From: Candidatus Bathyarchaeia archaeon
GTDB lineage: Archaea > Thermoproteota > Bathyarchaeia > Bathyarchaeales > DTEX01
Assembly: GCA_038867895.1 (NCBI GenBank)
Contig: JAWBXL010000004.1
Coordinates: forward strand, 3,117-67,116
Direction: 5' to 3'
DNA: 64,000 nucleotides
Shown: positions 58,141-64,000 of the stretch, one piece after another
Layout: every line of letters begins with the position of its first letter
How positions within the stretch are numbered: the first letter of the stretch is position 1
Translations under genes and position numbers: made by a program
The notes under the pieces: generated by a model
Database searches by the model: none
What the model was told of the DNA's origin: nothing
Seen by the model: the letters and a program-made list of their open reading frames with translations, nothing else

Positions 58141-59504
58141 AGGAGAGATCTATACAATTTTTTCTTATCAGTTGCGGTCACATTATATAGGCAGAACGGT
58201 ATGAGCCTACCGTTACCTCTAACTTCATGGACACAGCATTTATTTAGTCTCTCAATATCTATCGTCCAAGCGTCCTGAGCGAAGTGACAGCCCACCGAGA
58301 AAAATCCCTCCGGCCTTAAATATTCAAGTAGAATCCTAAGGAAGGAACCAGCTGCTTGTGGTCTAAGATTCCTTGCGAACTCCCTTGAGATATTAAGCTC
58401 ATCCGCAATCGCCTTCAAAATGTCATCGAAATCCACAAATCTATTGGTTAATGAGTACTTATCTATTAGCTCCTCTACATCAACCAGTCTAGTTAAAACA
58501 TAAGGATTTCCATCTTCTCTAAGATAAGTGTAGAGAAGCGATGAGCACCTTGGATCTGGGCATGGAACAGGAATAAAATCAGTAGCTTTTATTTTCCCCT
58601 CACTTCCCCTCTCAATCTCTTTTTGAACATCACTTATAGTAACCCGATCTACTGGATCAAAGACTTTTGGGGGGTATCTTCCAAGGGCTGCAAATGGTTG
58701 AAAATTCACTCCTATCGCTCTCCTTTTAATAGCATATTTGATGATATTCCATGCCTGGTCATCATTGACGCCCTTTATGAGAGTTGCCGCTAGAGTTACG
58801 CTTAGACCTGCCTTAATGCAGTTTTCAATCGCTCTCTCCTTAACTTTTGTCAGGTCCCGTCCCCTTATTACCTGATAGACCTCAGGTGCTAAACCATCGA
58901 ACTGTAAATATACACCACTAATTCCATCGTCTGCTAGATCTTTGGCTAGGGCTGGATTTTTTGAAAGCTCTATTCCATTTGTATCCACCTCAATTAGCCT
59001 GAAGCCTAAGTCTCTAGCCAATCCAATAATTTCAATTAGATCATTTCTTATAGTGGGTTCTCCACCTGAGAACTGAATCGCTGTGGGTTTTCCCTCACAT
59101 CTTAAGAGGGCTTTGAGAATCTCCTCTATCTCTCCTATTGAAGGATTCCAGCTTGGCTCCTCTTGCGAGTCTGCGAGACATACTGGGCATAATAGGTTGC
59201 AGGTATCTGTAATTTCAAGTATCGCTAAGCAAGTATGCTGTCTATGAGATGGACAGAGACCGCAATCAAATGGGCATCCCCTCTCAGTCTCTTTGACATA
59301 AAATTCATTCGGCTTTTTGCCAACTCTAGAGAATTTTAAGGCTCTTTTGTACAAGTTCAGATCACTCCAAAGCAATGCCCGAGTAGATCCGTGTTCTTTA
59401 CAGTACTTCTCCATGTAAACCTGCTTTCCATCAGTGAAAATTCTAGCCGGAATAAGGTTTAGGCACAAGGGACATAAACTTTTGGTCTCGCTTAGAGTCT
59501 CCAT
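58137..59504 (-). CDS. radical SAM enzyme of the MJ0619/Tes (GDGT-MAS)-like family
   Basis: TKSLCPLCLNLIPARIF...YMEKYCKEHG, GCPFDCGLCPSHRQHTC, CNLLCPVC (CX3CX2C), QFSGGEPT, and the C-terminal HFAQDAW..ERLNKCCVHEV...RLIPFCLYN. This architecture matches my recollection of MJ0619. Confidence 0.65.
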   Translation of the reverse strand: METLSETKSLCPLCLNLIPARIFTDGKQVYMEKYCKEHGSTRALLWSDLNLYKRALKFSRVGKKPNEFYVKETERGCPFDCGLCPSHRQHTCLAILEITDTCNLLCPVCLADSQEEPSWNPSIGEIEEILKALLRCEGKPTAIQFSGGEPTIRNDLIEIIGLARDLGFRLIEVDTNGIELSKNPALAKDLADDGISGVYLQFDGLAPEVYQVIRGRDLTKVKERAIENCIKAGLSVTLAATLIKGVNDDQAWNIIKYAIKRRAIGVNFQPFAALGRYPPKVFDPVDRVTISDVQKEIERGSEGKIKATDFIPVPCPDPRCSSLLYTYLREDGNPYVLTRLVDVEELIDKYSLTNRFVDFDDILKAIADELNISREFARNLRPQAAGSFLRILLEYLRPEGFFSVGCHFAQDAWTIDIERLNKCCVHEVRGNGRLIPFCLYNVTATDKKKLYRSLL

Positions 59505-59597
59505 AAAAATAATAAAACAATGTTACTAATTAAAGGATTATCCTGAAGAGCTAGGAATAAAAAATTGAATGATGTTGTAAAGGATTTTTTCTTCTTT

Positions 59598-59861
59598 TTA
59601 GCTAATTAGTTTTAAGCCCATTTCAGTTGTTTTCCATTTTCCTTCCCAGCGAAGGCCACCTGTCTTCTCTAGTTCCCAGATAAAGTACGCTGGCCAAACT
59701 TTTGTCTTCTCATAGGTGGCTTTGAGATCCTCAAGCACAAACCGCTCTATCTCATTTTTTGTTTTTGGCTCGCGGCAGAACTTGAGAATCTCAGTATAAA
59801 TATTTCCAAATTCAGGATCGCGTAAAAGATCACCCAAAGTTTTCGTGACAACCCCATTCAT
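59598..59861 (-). CDS. small possible winged-helix protein (87 aa)
   Basis: ORF track. It lies on the same strand 93 nt upstream of the radical SAM gene. The wHTH call rests on a weak pattern only. Confidence 0.4.
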   Translation of the reverse strand: MNGVVTKTLGDLLRDPEFGNIYTEILKFCREPKTKNEIERFVLEDLKATYEKTKVWPAYFIWELEKTGGLRWEGKWKTTEMGLKLIS

Positions 59862-60206
59862 ATCCTCTCACCTTAGATTATCTATTTTAGCTTTGCAATT
59901 AATAAAATTTTATCTATTTTTGGCATTATACTTTGGAAATAAAGTTATTTTTCCAACCTCCAGGTTATACTTCGGTCTCTACTGGCCAGATTGCTGATAG
60001 GTTCTTTAGAAGTTTCCAGTATTTTTATAGGTGATGAAAGCAAAGCGGAAAGAAGAGCTTGAGTTTTGTCATAAAACTTCGCGAAGGAATGGTGAAAATA
60101 AAATCTTTTAGAGTCCTCATTTAAATATCTTTATGTTTATAAGTTAGAGAATGAAGACGTTAATCCAAGTGAAATTTGATGCAAAATATGTGGGGGTAAT
60201 ACGCTT

Positions 60207-60932
60207 ATGTCGAGCTTTGAAAGTTCTATCAAAGAAAGGCTAATTGTATGTTTTGGAGGACGGGAAAAATTGTATAAATTTTTAGGGAGAATATATGAGA
60301 AGGAAGTTGATGAGCAACTAATTAAAGAGTGCATTATACGCAAGGAATTATTTCTAAAATGTAATTTGATTAGAGAAGTGGATGCTGATATAATGGAAGG
60401 CTTCATGGAACTATACAAATACCTTAATGGGTTAAAAGTGGGGAACTTAAATGAGATTATACTGGAACTTGCAGTTGATTATGCAAACCTATTCTTAGGA
60501 GTTAAATATTTTCGTGAGAAGAAAGGGATACCTCATCCCTCAGAATCGGTTTACTTAACTGGTAATATGCTTAGCGAAGAAGAAACTATATCAGAAATTT
60601 ACTTGGAAGCAGGTCTCATTAAGTCTCCGGAATTTAAGGAGCCTTATGATCATATTGCACTTCAACTATATTTTATGGCCCACCTGTGTAAAAAGGCAAT
60701 TGACTTTGTAAAAAGTGGAAACCTGCAGGATCTGTTGAGAAATCTTCAAATGCAAAAGAGTTTTCTAAGCGAGCATTTGTTAAAATGGGTTCCGAAATTT
60801 GCTGGTGATGTGATAGAGAATTCAGAGACTAGTTTTTATAAAGCTATTGGAAAAATAACAAGAGGATTAATATGCATGGAAAAAGATGTGATAGAGGAAA
60901 TTATTGAGCAGGCTAAAAAATTATTACTTTAA
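60207..60932 (+). CDS. TorD/DmsD-family molybdoenzyme maturation chaperone
   Basis: LAVDYANLFLG...PHPSESVYL...EPYDHIALQLYFMAHL fits the TorD family pattern. Confidence 0.7.
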   Translation: MSSFESSIKERLIVCFGGREKLYKFLGRIYEKEVDEQLIKECIIRKELFLKCNLIREVDADIMEGFMELYKYLNGLKVGNLNEIILELAVDYANLFLGVKYFREKKGIPHPSESVYLTGNMLSEEETISEIYLEAGLIKSPEFKEPYDHIALQLYFMAHLCKKAIDFVKSGNLQDLLRNLQMQKSFLSEHLLKWVPKFAGDVIENSETSFYKAIGKITRGLICMEKDVIEEIIEQAKKLLL

Positions 60933-61792
60933 CCTTTTTCTAAGCCTATTGTTCCCAGATTTATGTCTTTACTCGTTAGGTATACGCCGAGAGTCTTACC
61001 TTTATAACCACTTTTCTCAATTTTAATTAAGTATTTGTGGTTCCATTCAAGATCTTTAAGCCAGAAGTCTCCTAATTCATCCGTGTTTGTCTCATGTTTT
61101 TCGCCAGTATATAAGTCTAGAGCGGTAACTTTAGCGTCGATCACGACCTCTTTCTCATCAAAATCTACCACGCAACCTGCAATAAAGGGTTTAGGCAAGT
61201 TTAGATAGCACACTCTTGGCCTCGTATTATATTCTCGCCCTATAACATCCGCGTTCCTTATTAATTCCTTGATTTTACTATCGCTTTCATCTCCGTAGAT
61301 TATTGCCCCCGTGGGGCACGCATCATGGCATCTAGGCCCGTATTTCCAATCTGGGTCATCAAGCAAATGAGAACATCCAGTACACTTTTGTGCGATTCCC
61401 AGCTCACTATTGAAATATATTATGTTATATGGGCATGCCTCAATACATAAAGGCTTGTTAACCCCTAATGGCTTACATCCATTACATTTGTTTGGATCTA
61501 TTAATACTATACCATCAGGCCTCTTAACTATGGCGCCTATTAAGCAGGCTCTCATGCATGGTGGGTTGTTACAGTGCATGCATAAAATCGGTATATATGT
61601 TACTTTAACTTTTGGTATTGATCCTCGTTCTTGCATATCAACTTTTATCCAGAATTGTCCATATTCGGGTTGTGGTTTAGAGTATGGGCTCCAGTCATTG
61701 CCGACAAACTCGTCTTTACAAGATATGACACAGCTCATACAACCTATACATTTATTCACGTCAATAATGAAAATTTTCCCCATCTTTCTCAC
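60929..61792 (-). CDS. 4Fe-4S electron-transfer (beta) subunit of a Mo/W-bisPGD oxidoreductase, with a C-terminal Ig-like/carboxypeptidase-regulatory-like domain
   Basis: Several CxxCxxCxxxC(P) groups (CIGCMSCVISC, CMHCNNPPC, CNGC...CIEACP, CTGC...CHDACP). The C-terminal ~90 aa beta-rich tail is AGCVVDFDEKEVVIDAKVTALDLYTGEKHETNTDELGDFWLKDL. Confidence 0.85.
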   Translation of the reverse strand: MRKMGKIFIIDVNKCIGCMSCVISCKDEFVGNDWSPYSKPQPEYGQFWIKVDMQERGSIPKVKVTYIPILCMHCNNPPCMRACLIGAIVKRPDGIVLIDPNKCNGCKPLGVNKPLCIEACPYNIIYFNSELGIAQKCTGCSHLLDDPDWKYGPRCHDACPTGAIIYGDESDSKIKELIRNADVIGREYNTRPRVCYLNLPKPFIAGCVVDFDEKEVVIDAKVTALDLYTGEKHETNTDELGDFWLKDLEWNHKYLIKIEKSGYKGKTLGVYLTSKDINLGTIGLEKG

Positions 61793-61794
61793 CT

Positions 61795-64000
61795 CTAGGT
61801 GACAAGATAAATTTCTGTTGTTGGGCCGATTATTGGATGCATTTTTCTCTTAAAGGCTTCAGGATACTTGCTCATCAACTCATTTATATCAACCTTTTTA
61901 ATATTTACAAGAATGCCGGAGCAAACCTGTTCTGGCACTCTTATCTCTTCTCCTGGCATATACTTGAAGGTTGGCGTCGGCATCAAAAGGTCAATTGCTC
62001 CTCCTCTATCGATCTTATCATCAACGCTAATCATATCAACTCTCGCTCCGTGGTCGATCGATATTGCCCCGGGGATAATCCTCTCAGTAATTATTGCTCC
62101 AGCGAGGGTTGATCCATAATCGTTATAGATCATTATTATATCTCCATCTTTAATGCCTAGTTTTTCTGCATCAGATGGGTGAATCCAGACTCCCTCATAT
62201 AAATATCCATCTGGTCCTCTGACCTTATAGATCTCTCTTAACCATATTATCTCATCCCCTTGCGAATGAAATCTATATCTTGGATGATTGGAGCAGACAA
62301 TGAATGGATACTTTCTCCTTTTAGTTGAAATAGGTAGCTCGTCATGCTCAATCCACCTGGCGACTGGAGGTCTCTCATTATCGGTAGGAGCATATTTTAG
62401 AGCTAGCTGTGACTGATACTCTATTTTGCCGCTGGGAGTCTCCAGATTACTTTTCGCTTTATAGAATTTGCTCATAAATGAATCATAAGTATCATATCCA
62501 AATTTTTTCTTAATTTCGACCCACTCTTCCCATGTGGGATGACTGTAGATCATTATTTTCTTTTTCGTCTTAAATTCTTCCCAGCTTATCCCATTCTTCT
62601 TAAATGCAAGGGTTTTTTCATAGAATTCTTTTAGAATCACCTCTGGATCTGGGAACTTTTCTATTAGTTCAGGCTTGTTAAATTCTTTTGCTAATCTTTC
62701 CGCAATCATTCGGTGAATCTCATAGTCGCTCTTAGATTCGCCGATAGGTTCGATACATTTATCATGATATGCTATTCCCACTATCTCTGAGCGGGCGCTT
62801 ACTACAAGGTCTGCAACCTCATGGTCCGTCAGCGCGGGTAAAACGAGGTCTGCAAATAATGCATCATTTTCAAACCAAGGATGTATTACTAGGTGAAATT
62901 CTATCTTTGGATTTCTGAGAGCCTCAATGAACTTATATCCATGCCAGCATGTCGTGTAGCATGCGTTTTCATTCCAGATCATTCTAATACCAGGGTGGTC
63001 ATCGGTTGGCGGATATCTATATTTCACGAAAAGATCCTCTACAACGTTAAATTGAGCGCCAGAACACCACCATTTAACTGGGGGATTTAATATTGCGTCT
63101 GGAACCAACGTCTTTATGAGAGGAATCGCTGGTGGAGGCTGCACCTTAAATGCATATTTTGTTCTTTCAATATAGGAGCGCGCTTCCTCAACCACTTCTG
63201 GGTAAGAAGGCAGCAATGACACATCTTTCATATTAAGTCTTGATGAAACCCAGAATCTCAAGAATTGTCTTCCGGGCTTCCCAAGCCCTTGCATCGCTAA
63301 AACATATGCCTCCATTCTACCCGCGATGTGAGAATAAGGTCCCCTGATCTTGCTGCCCCCATAAACGACGGCGAGAGAGGTTCTCTTTTTGGCCCATAGT
63401 CTAGCCAGCGCCTTTATTGTCCATTGCGGTACTCCAGTTATTTTCTCAGCCCACTCTGGAGTCTTCGGAATCCCATCATCTTCCCCTAAAACATGCTTTT
63501 TAAATTCCTCAAAACCCACGGTGCGCGTATTAACATAATCCTTATCGTAAAGTCCCTCTTTAATCCAAACATATGCTATAGCCAGATAGAGAGCGGCATC
63601 CGTGCATGGATTAACTGGAATCCATTTATCAGCCCAAACAGCCTCACTATAGTTTAGATCCGGAGATATTGCGATTATCTCAATTCCAGCCTTTTTAAGG
63701 GCCTCGCACAAGTGTGACACGTGCGAACTGAAACCCGCAGCCGTTGTTTCGGGGTCGCATCCAGAGAATATTACTACTTCTCCATACTGTAGAACATTAT
63801 CCCAAGCTCCATCTTGATATGGCTCCCCAAGCGTTGAATCAAAGCCCCATACTAGCTTAGCCCCCCAATAATAACCCTCCCAGCTATCTGGATTTCTAAT
63901 TTGTTGAGTCCAGCCGAATCCCAGGTGATCAAAAAGCATGTGGCCATAAAAGTGCATTGTATGTAAGAAGCCTGATTGACCGTGTCCGTCGCCCTGCACT
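61795..64000 (-). CDS. Mo/W-bis(pyranopterin guanine dinucleotide) oxidoreductase catalytic (alpha) subunit, DMSO reductase superfamily, 5' end outside the window
   Basis: The 734-aa partial ORF is open to the window edge. It has MopB-type domains and a C-terminal dinucleotide-binding barrel (DGDIIMIYNDYGSTLAGAIITERIIPG). A 2-nt gap separates it from the beta subunit. Confidence 0.85.
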   Translation of the reverse strand, partial: VQGDGHGQSGFLHTMHFYGHMLFDHLGFGWTQQIRNPDSWEGYYWGAKLVWGFDSTLGEPYQDGAWDNVLQYGEVVIFSGCDPETTAAGFSSHVSHLCEALKKAGIEIIAISPDLNYSEAVWADKWIPVNPCTDAALYLAIAYVWIKEGLYDKDYVNTRTVGFEEFKKHVLGEDDGIPKTPEWAEKITGVPQWTIKALARLWAKKRTSLAVVYGGSKIRGPYSHIAGRMEAYVLAMQGLGKPGRQFLRFWVSSRLNMKDVSLLPSYPEVVEEARSYIERTKYAFKVQPPPAIPLIKTLVPDAILNPPVKWWCSGAQFNVVEDLFVKYRYPPTDDHPGIRMIWNENACYTTCWHGYKFIEALRNPKIEFHLVIHPWFENDALFADLVLPALTDHEVADLVVSARSEIVGIAYHDKCIEPIGESKSDYEIHRMIAERLAKEFNKPELIEKFPDPEVILKEFYEKTLAFKKNGISWEEFKTKKKIMIYSHPTWEEWVEIKKKFGYDTYDSFMSKFYKAKSNLETPSGKIEYQSQLALKYAPTDNERPPVARWIEHDELPISTKRRKYPFIVCSNHPRYRFHSQGDEIIWLREIYKVRGPDGYLYEGVWIHPSDAEKLGIKDGDIIMIYNDYGSTLAGAIITERIIPGAISIDHGARVDMISVDDKIDRGGAIDLLMPTPTFKYMPGEEIRVPEQVCSGILVNIKKVDINELMSKYPEAFKRKMHPIIGPTTEIYLVT

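Noticed and set aside
1-64000. CRISPR arrays, transposases, integrases, prophage or plasmid genes, rRNA/tRNA genes
   Set aside because: I looked for regularly spaced direct repeats, IS-type terminal inverted repeats, and recombinase, Cas or capsid-like translations in the ORF track, and found none. I cannot exclude short or degenerate elements without computation.

Overview
This is a 64-kb archaeal chromosomal window. Archaeal markers include an SRP (7S) RNA of archaeal size, a GHMP-type shikimate kinase, fructose-1,6-bisphosphate aldolase/phosphatase, AMP phosphorylase, archaeal-type iPGM, and H4MPT/methanofuran C1 enzymes (fwdB, fwdD, ftr) with no other methanogenesis genes in view. A non-methanogenic H4MPT-using lineage such as Bathyarchaeia or a related TACK archaeon is a guess from gene content only. 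Genes are densely packed and often translationally coupled. Many use GGTGA(T)-type Shine-Dalgarno sites and TTG/GTG starts. The layout has three parts. (1) 0.3-30.6 kb is core metabolism: queT, ridA, fwdBD/ftr, thiolase, site-2 protease, two TtuA/Ncs6-type tRNA thiolases, SRP RNA, apgM, AMP phosphorylase, glyA, an aroD-E-K-A-C operon, and a hisG-D-C-[HAD]-B-H-A-F-I operon. (2) 20.8-22.0 kb and 30.6-41.6 kb are accessory stretches. They hold four frameshift-disrupted genes (wHTH, TrmB-like, a tandem nucleotidyltransferase paralog, ADP-ribosylglycohydrolase), a 756-aa heavily sequon-decorated surface protein with an RHH gene, and a membrane-anchored extracellular metzincin. (3) 41.8-64 kb is a catabolic/redox island: cupin, F420-type LLM oxidoreductase, CocE/NonD hydrolase, tungsten AOR, family III CoA-transferase, cyclase-family hydrolase, enoyl-CoA hydratase, a DUF35+thiolase pair, a U32-like/CCG-FeS operon, a Tes/MJ0619-like radical SAM enzyme, and a transhydroxylase-like Mo/W oxidoreductase with a TorD-like chaperone. 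I saw no CRISPR array, transposase, integrase, rRNA or tRNA. The most promising leads are the Mo/W-enzyme-centred anaerobic catabolic island, the U32-like/CCG operon, the oversized HAD protein embedded in the his operon (candidate missing histidinol-phosphate phosphatase), and a GC-rich structured leader upstream of queT. All functional calls come from reading motifs in the ORF translations and from recalled family signatures. No database search was run.
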